Source: Luminiphilus sp.
GTDB lineage: Bacteria > Pseudomonadota > Gammaproteobacteria > Pseudomonadales > Halieaceae
Reading direction: 5' to 3'
Length of the DNA stretch: 64,000 nucleotides
NCBI GenBank assembly: GCA_965660865.1
Contig: CBFIBL010000029.1
Span: forward strand, 10,233-74,232
Shown here one piece after another: positions 17,564-26,277 of the stretch; within the stretch, counting starts at the first letter, position 1; every line of letters begins with the position of its first letter. Under the pieces are notes generated by a model. The model had not been told where the DNA came from, searched no databases, and saw only the letters and a list, made by a program, of their open reading frames with translations. The position numbers and the translations under genes are program-made.

Positions 17564-19066
17564 ATGCGTGAAGTTCTATTAATGACAAAATTGATTCCCC
17601 TAACATCAACAGTCTTACTCTTTAGCACACTCTTTATCGCGAGCTTCATGGTGGGCTGCAGTTCGGATAATTCATCCGCGGATTCTTCGACCCCGGGCGA
17701 TAGCGACGAGAGTGCAGAAGCGCCCACGCGCACACAATTTTTATACACACAAACCAACGATGCGCGCGGGAATCACGCGGTTGGCTTTTCAGTTAGCGAG
17801 GATGGCAGCCTGGTGGAACTCGGCGCCTACGCAACTGGCTCGGTCGGAGACGCCGATGAGGGTGACTTTGACAGCCAAAGCTCGGTCAGAATTTACGAGA
17901 ACTTCTTGATTGTCGCGAATCCGGGCGACGCCATTGGCGAGTCAGGTATCGCCGATGGAAACAGCGCAATTAGCGTTTTCGCCATTAATGAAGACGGGAG
18001 TCTTGAGCGGGTCGATCAGGACCCTGAGACTAACGGCACTCAGAATGCAGATAGCCAAGGTACTCGAGCCGTTAGTGTCGACTTTTACTCAGAGGGTAAT
18101 ATGACCTGGGTCGCCGTGGCTAACCAAGGAACAAATCGCGTATGCGTCAGTCCAGAGGTGAATGGCTCCCTGGCTACCTGTAGCGATCAATTCGGCAATG
18201 CTTTGGGTGATTTGTTGGTGGATGAATCACCGGCGGCCGATATTCAGTTATTCACGTTAAGTGAAAACGGCATCCTCACCCACCAGCGAGAACTTGCTAC
18301 GTTTGCTGCAAATCGCGGTGGTCCCTCGCAGGTAGCGTTCAGCCCCGATGGCAGCAAATTATCCGCAACACTCTTGGGCATCCCACACCTGTCGTTTCCC
18401 GCTGACCCCGCCAATCAACAGCCGAGCCGAACCTATCTTTGGGACTTTGATGAAGCAGCCGGAACGGTGAGCAACGAACGCTTTTTTGAGCACCCAGGTA
18501 TCGCCGCGAGCATTGGCTTCGGGTGGAGCCCCAATTCTGATTTTGTATATGTTTCGAGTGCCACTCTCTATGCAGGCGCTCTTGAGGCCAATGTTGTTGC
18601 ACTAGACAGCGACAATACAGAGTCCGTTTTCACCAGCGACGGCAATTCGCTTTGGTCGGGCGCAGGGGCTGTGCCCACGACGGTTCGACCTGCGGCGTGC
18701 TGGGTCTGGGTTAACGAGGCTGCTGATCGCGTATACACCGTTGGCTTTCTCACCAACACCATTTCAACCTTTGAGGCGAATGGCACTGACATGACACATC
18801 TGCAAACTGTGTACCGCCAAGATATCGACCTGGAAGACGCCAAAGATATTGTGTTCAGCGCTGACGGCAGGTACGCCTACGTGCTGGGTGCGTTTTTTAG
18901 CCACACCATTTCCATTTTCGATGTCGAGGCTGATGGAACGCTTTCTGAGCGCTCAACCTCGCCGCTTGCAATCAGTGCCTCGCGTGTTAACGGTGTCCCA
19001 CTAGACCCTGATTTAATCGCTTACCAGGGTTTAGATGCTTACCCGTCAGTTTATGTGGGCTACTAA
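17564..19066 (+). CDS. Lipoprotein, probably beta-propeller (lactonase-like) fold
   Basis: Lipobox FMVGC|SS after a hydrophobic signal. Repeated ...DGS..../VAN.G blade-like segments. Start is uncertain (TTG 17552, ATG 17564 or ATG 17582). Confidence 0.5.
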   Translation: MREVLLMTKLIPLTSTVLLFSTLFIASFMVGCSSDNSSADSSTPGDSDESAEAPTRTQFLYTQTNDARGNHAVGFSVSEDGSLVELGAYATGSVGDADEGDFDSQSSVRIYENFLIVANPGDAIGESGIADGNSAISVFAINEDGSLERVDQDPETNGTQNADSQGTRAVSVDFYSEGNMTWVAVANQGTNRVCVSPEVNGSLATCSDQFGNALGDLLVDESPAADIQLFTLSENGILTHQRELATFAANRGGPSQVAFSPDGSKLSATLLGIPHLSFPADPANQQPSRTYLWDFDEAAGTVSNERFFEHPGIAASIGFGWSPNSDFVYVSSATLYAGALEANVVALDSDNTESVFTSDGNSLWSGAGAVPTTVRPAACWVWVNEAADRVYTVGFLTNTISTFEANGTDMTHLQTVYRQDIDLEDAKDIVFSADGRYAYVLGAFFSHTISIFDVEADGTLSERSTSPLAISASRVNGVPLDPDLIAYQGLDAYPSVYVGY

Positions 19067-19190
19067 ACATAGTCAGTGACATAGGCGGCCGTGAAATCTC
19101 GTAAGCCATGTTTTCTGACACGGCGCAGCGCTTGATGAGCGCGCGAGAAAGCAATTCATTTCATTAAACCTAGATGTTGGTAGTTGAACT

Positions 19191-19637
19191 ATGTCGTTAT
19201 CGCTTCAGGAAATATCGGATCGGCTCGAACTGCAAGATCTCGTCACAGAGTACGCTGACATCATCGACAGAAAGGCGTTTTTAGAGCTAAGCAGCCTCTT
19301 TATTGAAGAGGCCGAAATTGACTATCAGGCAACGGGAGCACCCAAATGTTCGGTCGCCGACATGATCGTATTTTTGACTGACGCAATGGCATTATTTCCA
19401 AACCACCAACATATGGTTGGCAACGCACAATTTGTGATTGATGGTAATGCGGCGTCTGGGCGTGTTATGTGTTTCAACCCCATGGAAATGACCGTGGAGG
19501 GTGGAACTCAGACCTTTATTTTGGGTATTTGGTATGTCGATAAATTCGTAAAAATCGACGATCGATGGCTCTTCGCCTCAAGAAAACAGGAGGCCAGCTG
19601 GAACTTAAATTTTCCTGATCACCTGCCCCCTCTATAA
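19191..19637 (+). CDS. SnoaL-like / NTF2-family protein
   Basis: 148 aa. N-terminal ISDRLELQDLVTEYADIIDRK and C-terminal Y.D.F.K.DD.W.F pattern are typical of SnoaL_4-type proteins. Confidence 0.65.
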   Translation: MSLSLQEISDRLELQDLVTEYADIIDRKAFLELSSLFIEEAEIDYQATGAPKCSVADMIVFLTDAMALFPNHQHMVGNAQFVIDGNAASGRVMCFNPMEMTVEGGTQTFILGIWYVDKFVKIDDRWLFASRKQEASWNLNFPDHLPPL

Positions 19638-19696
19638 ACATTAGATACTGAGGCCAGTAAAACCAAAAGTAGTAAATACCAGGGGATTCTCTGACG

Positions 19697-19744
19697 ATGC
19701 AGCCATCTATGCAGCCATCTATGCAGCCATCTATGCAGCCATCA
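19697..19744. repeat. 12-bp tandem repeat x4 (atgcagccatct)
   Basis: Three exact copies; the fourth has one change (…atca). Confidence 0.95.
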
Positions 19745-19968
19745 ACAATACAGTGCCGCTATCAGTAGCTGACCAACCTATTCAAAGCTGATGGGGTTGC
19801 AATGATCCCTTGCAGCCCATGTACAACCGAACAACTGCGCCAATTCGCTGACCACCCATCGCCAGACGATTAACGCTCACTACAGCCTCGGCAGTGCGCC
19901 AAACCAAGAACACAACCAGAGATACAAATGGATGAGCAATCTCTAGATGATTTGCCCTTGAGCGGTAT

Positions 19969-21597
19969 TCACGCTGAGCTCCACCCAACAGGCTTATCAC
20001 TCGCGTGATAGGTCGGCGCCCCGAGCGCGGTCTGCAACCAGTGCGCGTGATCCGGTAAATTGGCAGCCTGCGAGAGACCTCTCACTACCTGAGGAAGGCG
20101 CTGAGTGGTCGGTCTTTGCGCACCAAACCATTGGTCGGCATATTCATCGAAAAAATGCATGCCGTGAAGAATGCACTCATAGCTCTTATGGTCCCATAAT
20201 CCGCCAGTATCGACGGGCGCACGGCCACCGATTGCCTCCCAGTCAAATAATTGCTCTGTTGATGCCATACCATTAAACCATTGGTCCTCAAAGTCATGGC
20301 TTGATGGAAGCTTGTGTCGCCACATGGCAAGCTTTGCAGCAAGTCTTGGATTAATTCGCTCTGGCTTTTGAACTTCTCGCCAAAACGGCGTATCGGTGCG
20401 CTTGGTTAGGCAATAATGCATATTAATGAAATCTAAAATTTCATAGTAGCGGTTAGCCATCAGCCGATTGTACCTACTAGACAGCTCATGCACCGATGAC
20501 CGGTCTCTTGGCCAATGCTCCGCGAGCAAAACTGTACCCAGATCACTCAAATACAATCCAGTCGATTCAAGCGGTTCGATAAATCCGCCTGCAAGACCGA
20601 TTGCAACGCAGTTATTTACCCAAAGCTGCTTCCTGCGTCCCACCTTAAAGTCCACAAACCTCACCGGTAAATCTTCGGTGCCAGGGCCCTGGTAGCTACG
20701 CAGTTCCTTTTCAGCTTCCTCTTTAGAAATAAAATCACTGGAGTGCACATAACCGATGGAACGCTGATTTTGCATGGGTATATCCCACACCCAGCCACTT
20801 GATAGCGCTGTTGCAGTCGTATACGGGCGGATGGTACCGGGATAAAAACGCTCGTATGGAAGGTGCATTGTGACCGCTCGGTTACACAACAAAAATTGAG
20901 AATAATCCTCAAAACCCACATTGAGCGTCTTCGAGATAAGAAGACCAGTAAATCCAGTGCAATCTACGAACATATCGGCGCTGAGCGTCCCCGCCGTATC
21001 GGTCCGCACGGACTGGATCCAGTCTTGGTCATCCAAGTCAACGCCCTCAAAATTAGCGTACACGTGCTCAACGCCTCTGGCAGTCGAAAAATCTCTGAGC
21101 GTGTCAGCGAATTTTTGAGCGTTCATATGATAGGCATAATTTAGCGAACTCGGCGCTCCGCCCAGCCCAGCAGATATTGGGGCTTTGTTTGCCTCGCAAA
21201 TCGGTGCCTGCACCGTACAGGTATCCATAAAAGGCATAGATTGATCACTTGAAAGCCAAAGCTCTCCCGCACGATCGAGGGGCTGCTCCTTTACTAGCGT
21301 GAAGGGGTGATGATAGAACGACCCATCTTTTTGCACCCAATTCTGATACTTAATCGACTGTTTGAACGTCGCATCAGCTGCGCGCATAAACTCCTCTTCT
21401 TTAATCCCAACAACGGATAGAAGATGACGCATCGATGGGATAGTTGCCTCACCGACGGAGATTCTTGGTATGTCGGGAGACTCCACTAGGGTGATTGCAA
21501 CCCTGGGCCGTTTACCGCGGAGGTTAAGCGCGCCGTTGAGATAGGCGGCTGCCATCCAGCCAGCAGAGCCCCCGCCAACGATTAGTAATTTTTTCAT
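19969..21597 (-). CDS. Flavin-dependent halogenase family protein (tryptophan halogenase PrnA-like)
   Basis: GGGSAGW FAD motif, GEATIPS, FKQSIKYQNW (aligns with the PrnA Lys79 region), GWVWDIP (WxWxIP), FIEPLESTG (PrnA Glu346 region). Confidence 0.85.
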   Translation of the reverse strand: MKKLLIVGGGSAGWMAAAYLNGALNLRGKRPRVAITLVESPDIPRISVGEATIPSMRHLLSVVGIKEEEFMRAADATFKQSIKYQNWVQKDGSFYHHPFTLVKEQPLDRAGELWLSSDQSMPFMDTCTVQAPICEANKAPISAGLGGAPSSLNYAYHMNAQKFADTLRDFSTARGVEHVYANFEGVDLDDQDWIQSVRTDTAGTLSADMFVDCTGFTGLLISKTLNVGFEDYSQFLLCNRAVTMHLPYERFYPGTIRPYTTATALSSGWVWDIPMQNQRSIGYVHSSDFISKEEAEKELRSYQGPGTEDLPVRFVDFKVGRRKQLWVNNCVAIGLAGGFIEPLESTGLYLSDLGTVLLAEHWPRDRSSVHELSSRYNRLMANRYYEILDFINMHYCLTKRTDTPFWREVQKPERINPRLAAKLAMWRHKLPSSHDFEDQWFNGMASTEQLFDWEAIGGRAPVDTGGLWDHKSYECILHGMHFFDEYADQWFGAQRPTTQRLPQVVRGLSQAANLPDHAHWLQTALGAPTYHASDKPVGWSSA

Positions 21598-21659
21598 GTC
21601 TGACTCTGATGATCTCGTTAAAGCACAAGACTAGCGAAGTTTTGAATCACCGCGAAAGA

Positions 21660-22448
21660 CTAGTTATACCCTAAAAATGCGCGCAGCCCCGGAAGCGCAT
21701 AATCCACAATCGCCTTCTGCTTATCAGGCAGAATTTTAGGGACCTCCAACGCAATGTCTTTGAGGTTATCCCGATGCGTTGCGCTGAGTTTTTCATCTGA
21801 CGCGATTTTAATACGCTCGCGCCAATCAGCGGGCAACTCAGCGAGACCCATCGGCGAGAGCAATCCCGCAAAAAATGGCTCTGCGTCATCCGAGTCAATA
21901 TTTTTAACATGGTGCAGCAGCTCCTCAAACTTGAGAATGCGTGCTCGCGTCCCAACCCACGCGCAGGCGTTAAGATCAAAAATATCCCTCATCGGCGGGG
22001 CTTTTTGATAGATGCCAAAAATCATTAGATTCATGATTTCATCAATGGTTAGCTGGCCTGACTTCAGGTTCTCCATGTTGCCTCGGAAATTATCCGAGAG
22101 GAAAAATCGAGTGCGCGCGAGCACCCAATCGTAAGGGTCTCGAACCATAAGAAGGTGGTATGCATCACGCAGCGCAATACCCGAATGATCTGAATACAAC
22201 AAATGCCCCCAGCTCAGCTTAGGGTCATTGGGGTTAAACGCCTTAGCGTGCTGCTGGAGGATGGGGATTTGTATAAAAACATCCTCATAATGCTGTTCGA
22301 GTGGCACGAAAGCTCGCACGATATTTTTTATGAGATGAGTGCCACATTTAGGCACCGAATTTAGAAATGTGGGTACTGTTATCGGTGTTCTGTCGAAGTG
22401 ACCAATGTGTTCTTCAAGTGTTTCAGGCTTTAGGGAAATACGTGGCAT
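21660..22448 (-). CDS. Sulfotransferase-like protein
   Basis: PKCGTH (5'-phosphosulfate-binding loop, PKxGT type) and VRDPYDWVLAR (3'-phosphate-binding RDPxD type). 262 aa. 62 nt upstream of the halogenase gene on the same strand. Confidence 0.55.
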   Translation of the reverse strand: MPRISLKPETLEEHIGHFDRTPITVPTFLNSVPKCGTHLIKNIVRAFVPLEQHYEDVFIQIPILQQHAKAFNPNDPKLSWGHLLYSDHSGIALRDAYHLLMVRDPYDWVLARTRFFLSDNFRGNMENLKSGQLTIDEIMNLMIFGIYQKAPPMRDIFDLNACAWVGTRARILKFEELLHHVKNIDSDDAEPFFAGLLSPMGLAELPADWRERIKIASDEKLSATHRDNLKDIALEVPKILPDKQKAIVDYALPGLRAFLGYN

Positions 22449-22682
22449 AGCATTTATTCAGACCGGTTAGTGTTTAGACAAGTGAGTGACCTGCGACGTA
22501 CATTACGCGGTAAAAAACCGGCGGGTGCAAGTCCAGCGAGCACACGCTGGGCGCCACCTTGTGGCCCACTCCTAGCAACCGATCGGCCGCATACTTCGCG
22601 GAGGATTACGAGCTACCCAAAAGCACCGGTGTAACCGACAATCCCCCATTCTTATCTTATCCCCACCCATTAACACAGGGTG

Positions 22683-22717
22683 GGCGCGTATGGCGCGTAT
22701 GGCGCGTATGGCGCGTA
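22683..22717. repeat. 9-bp tandem repeat x3.8 (ggcgcgtat), immediately after a 7-bp-stem hairpin
   Basis: CCCACCC (22662-22668) / GGGTGGG (22678-22684) hairpin, then ggcgcgtat ggcgcgtat ggcgcgtat ggcgcgta. Confidence 0.95.
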
Positions 22718-23035
22718 AATAGAGTTCGCAATGTTGTTTTAGTCGCCCGGCGCAAGCGCCTTCAAGCCGTTAGTCACCACTTCGTCTAACTTTTTAGGCC
22801 AGTCCATGTAGGTCTCACGCCGTGCTGTGTAGGTCCGAGCTTTTTTGAACTATCTGTAACGCTACGCAACTACCTCCGAGCGATTAATCCATATTTTAAA
22901 AACCATTGTGTCCAATATCTTTTTTCATATACTGCAAAATGGCAATTCTCGAGAGTGGGGGAGGGGGTGCGCATCTGTCACTAAGCGCCTCAGAAATGCC
23001 ACTTAAAAACAGTCTGTTAATAAAGGAGCACAAAG

Positions 23036-26020
23036 ATGCAACACAGACCCCAGAGCCACAAGAGAGTTTTATCACTTGCCGTCTCGGCTGCGCTTGGAGT
23101 GGGCAGCATTAACGCGATGGCACAAGCCATCGAAGAAGAGACACTCGAGGCCGCTGCAACAGCCAGTGAGGCTAGCGAGGACAACAAAGTCATCGAAGAG
23201 GTAATGGTGACCGGATCGCGTATTATTCGCGACGGATATTCGAGCGCGTCGCCGATGGATGTCATCACTGTAGACAGCGCAGACGTGCAAGGTATTGCTG
23301 ATATCGGTACGCTTCTGCAGACGACAACCATTGCTTCAGGCTCCCCGCAGGTCACGACTGCCACTTCCAGTGCTTTTGTCCAAGAGGGTGGTATCGGCAC
23401 ATCGACCATATCACTGCGTGGACTCGGCGCCAGCCGAACGCTGGTTCTGTTGAATGGTCGGCGCATCGGTCCTGCAGGGGTGCGAGGTCAGGTATCGTCA
23501 TTTGACTTGGGGCTTATGCCGATCGTGGCCGTTGAGCGCATTGAAATCTTAAAAGATGGCGCGTCAACCATGTACGGATCGGATGCGGTAGCGGGCGTTG
23601 TTAACGTCATCACGCGAAAGGACGACGGCTTGAGTGTCGACGTTTACGGTGCTGCGCCGAGTAGAAGCGGCGGCGAGCAAAGCAGACTGAGTCTTCGTTG
23701 GGGAACGAGCTCGGACCGCGGTCACTTCAGCATCATGGGTGATTACAATAAGCGAAGCGAGCTTAAGAAGGGCGATCGTAGCTACTTTGACTGCGGCGAG
23801 CAGTATTATTTTGACCCTGAAACAGGTGATCGTAGCGACACCATCGATCCACGTACGGGCCGCCCGCACTGTAACGATTTACTGTGGGGCCACATCTGGG
23901 TGTATGACTACTCTGGTGGACAGCCCGAAGGCGTAAAAGCTCAGTTCGACTACGACGGTGACCTGGGTGACTATGCGGAAGGTTTCGACGAAATTGGCGG
24001 AGACATGGTTGCACCAGAGGGCTGGTACCCCGTTGCCTATGACGAGGCCAGCCTTGGAATCACTAACGCTGACCATCCGTTCCAAGATGGCTCTTCACTT
24101 ATTCCGGATAACGAAACGTATACGCTCTACGCGGACGCGTCCTATAACATCTCGGATACGCTTACCATGTACGCTGAAGTACTGTCCAGCCGGAGAGAGA
24201 CGTATGTGAACGGCTACCGTCAGTTCTGGACTTACGTCTACAACGGCAACTTTGACTTTTATAACTACTTCTACGGATACGAGCCCGTTGGCAGCCCCTT
24301 GTCGGAGGGTTGGGAAGGTAGCCAATGGTTGAGCCCAACACCAATCACCGATCATGCTGACGACTCGGTGGAGGTGTCGTACGGTCGTGCGCTCATTGGC
24401 CTCAAGGGGCAAAATGGCGAATACGGCTGGGATATCTCCGCCCAATATTCCAAGTCGGACGGCGACTACATTTCGGATCAAATTTTCAACGACTCGATTC
24501 AAGATAGCTGGTTTTCCCAAGCGTCATGCGAGGGTTCAGTAACATCGGTTCGCGGCGCTCCCTGTATCGATCCTCGATGGTTGGATCCCGGGTTTAATGC
24601 CGGTGAGCTCACTCCGGAAGAGCGAGCCTTCCTTTTTGGTCGCGAGAAAGGAAACACCGAATACACACAGTGGAGTGTGGAAGGCTTAGCGTCGGGCCCG
24701 CTTTTTGAAATGTCTGCCGGTGAGGTGTTGGGTGCAATCGGCTTCCAGTTCAGGGGAGACGAGATCAAGGATGTACCCGGTGAGATAACGCTCGCCAGTA
24801 ACGCCTGGAGCGCCTCGGCAGCAGGTATTACCGAAGGCTCCGACAACACACGAGCGGTTTTTGCTGAGGTAGAGATGCCGCTGTTGGCCGATAGCCCATT
24901 TGCGGAGCTTTTGATGCTAAACGGATCCGTGCGTTATACGAATGTTGATTCGTATGGCGGTGATACCACATGGAAAATCGGCCTTAACTGGGAAATGACA
25001 CCCACACTGCGCTTGCGGGCCAGTAGCGGTACGTCGTTCCGCACACCGGCGCTCTTTGAGCTGTACTTGGCTGATCAAACCTCCTTTATTGGTCAAAGGA
25101 ATGTCGACCCTTGTATCAGCTGGGGAGACAACCTAGCGGAAGGTAATATTACTCAACGAGTAGCCGATAACTGTGCCGCCGATGGTGTTGCTGAAGATTT
25201 TGCCGGTGCTGCTATTTCAGCCACGGTCATTACTGGAGGCGGTTTGGGTGTTCTTGAGGCTGAGACATCTGAGGCGCAGACACTTGGCCTTGTCTGGCGG
25301 CCTGAATTTACTGATTTGAGTGTTTCGGTGGATTACTTCGATATCCAAATTGATGATGAGGTGTCACAACTGGGCGAAAGCGTCATCGTTAGTCAATGCT
25401 ATGCCTCAGAGTTTTTCCCCAACGAACCACTTTGTGATCAGTTTGATAGGGACCCACTCGATTCAAAAATCACGGATATTCGAGATTCGTACATCAACGT
25501 CGCTACGCAGAAAAACCGCGGTTGGGACTTGCAAGCAACCTGGGCTACCGACATGGATATTGGTCGTTTAGTTTTGGAAACTCAACACACGTTCCAAATC
25601 GAAGACTCGGTATCGCTATTCGCAGAGAACACCCGAGACACGAACGGCGACTTGGGTGATCCGAAGTGGACCGGTCGTGCGTCGGCAACCCTTGATACCG
25701 GTTCTTGGTCGGCGTCTTGGGTGGTCAACATGATCGGTGAGGCTGATAACTATCAGTACGCGTCTCGTGATGCCTCGATTTTTGATCGTGATGTCCGATT
25801 GAAGCTAGACACAGACCGTGTCATGTATCACAACGCTTCTGTGGCGTACAACATGAGCAATGGCCTGACTATCCGGGGCGGTGTACGTAACGTCTTTGAC
25901 GAGACACCACCACGGCTATCACGTTCCGCGGCGGTAAATCGCCAAGGCAATTCTGCGTTCTACTCTCAATATGATTGGGAAGGACGCACGTTCTTTGCCA
26001 ATATCCGCTGGGAGATGTGA
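23036..26020 (+). CDS. TonB-dependent outer-membrane receptor (large, 994 aa)
   Basis: AAGGAG RBS and a signal peptide. Plug-domain segments (VMVTGSRI, ISLRGLG, VLLNGRR, IEILKDGASTMYGSDAVAGVVNVIT). Long beta-barrel ending ...FFANIRWEM. Confidence 0.9.
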   Translation: MQHRPQSHKRVLSLAVSAALGVGSINAMAQAIEEETLEAAATASEASEDNKVIEEVMVTGSRIIRDGYSSASPMDVITVDSADVQGIADIGTLLQTTTIASGSPQVTTATSSAFVQEGGIGTSTISLRGLGASRTLVLLNGRRIGPAGVRGQVSSFDLGLMPIVAVERIEILKDGASTMYGSDAVAGVVNVITRKDDGLSVDVYGAAPSRSGGEQSRLSLRWGTSSDRGHFSIMGDYNKRSELKKGDRSYFDCGEQYYFDPETGDRSDTIDPRTGRPHCNDLLWGHIWVYDYSGGQPEGVKAQFDYDGDLGDYAEGFDEIGGDMVAPEGWYPVAYDEASLGITNADHPFQDGSSLIPDNETYTLYADASYNISDTLTMYAEVLSSRRETYVNGYRQFWTYVYNGNFDFYNYFYGYEPVGSPLSEGWEGSQWLSPTPITDHADDSVEVSYGRALIGLKGQNGEYGWDISAQYSKSDGDYISDQIFNDSIQDSWFSQASCEGSVTSVRGAPCIDPRWLDPGFNAGELTPEERAFLFGREKGNTEYTQWSVEGLASGPLFEMSAGEVLGAIGFQFRGDEIKDVPGEITLASNAWSASAAGITEGSDNTRAVFAEVEMPLLADSPFAELLMLNGSVRYTNVDSYGGDTTWKIGLNWEMTPTLRLRASSGTSFRTPALFELYLADQTSFIGQRNVDPCISWGDNLAEGNITQRVADNCAADGVAEDFAGAAISATVITGGGLGVLEAETSEAQTLGLVWRPEFTDLSVSVDYFDIQIDDEVSQLGESVIVSQCYASEFFPNEPLCDQFDRDPLDSKITDIRDSYINVATQKNRGWDLQATWATDMDIGRLVLETQHTFQIEDSVSLFAENTRDTNGDLGDPKWTGRASATLDTGSWSASWVVNMIGEADNYQYASRDASIFDRDVRLKLDTDRVMYHNASVAYNMSNGLTIRGGVRNVFDETPPRLSRSAAVNRQGNSAFYSQYDWEGRTFFANIRWEM

Positions 26021-26038
26021 CACGAGTCAGGATCAAAG

Positions 26039-26064
26039 AAAGGCCCTTCGGGGCCTTTTTTTTT
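26039..26064 (+). terminator. Intrinsic terminator after the TonB-dependent receptor
   Basis: AAAGGCCC-ttcg-GGGCCTTT stem followed by a 9-T run, 19 nt after the stop. Confidence 0.85.
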
Positions 26065-26277
26065 GCGTGCAACGCGCAGCGTTGATGAAGACTGCAACGC
26101 GAATTTTTTGTGACAAACCGCGCTTCCAGATCAAGCACAACGGGGAATCCAGGTAACCGTAAACCTCCTCTGAGACTCATAGCTTCAGTCACTGATAGCA
26201 CGGGACTGTCGATTTCTGCGTACTTTTCATATCCTATGGGAACTTGGACAAATTATGTTCAATACATGGAGGAAGAC

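Noticed and set aside
19697-19744. CRISPR array candidates (all short tandem repeats in the window)
   Set aside because: The repeat units are 9-21 bp and directly adjacent with no spacers. No cas genes are present.
22500-22600. Possible cobalamin riboswitch upstream of the TonB-dependent receptor (GGGTGCAAGTCC and GCGCCACCTTGT resemble the GGTGAAAATCC and CCGCCACTGT elements)
   Set aside because: No B12 box (AGCCAGGAGACCTGCC-like) follows. The element would be more than 430 nt from the start codon. The receptor is a 994-aa type rather than BtuB-sized. A covariance-model scan (RF00174) would settle it.
22559-22789. 76-aa ORF containing RVWRVWRVWRV
   Set aside because: The periodic peptide is only the translation of the 9-bp DNA microsatellite. 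The ORF has a TTG start, no RBS and no other protein-like features.
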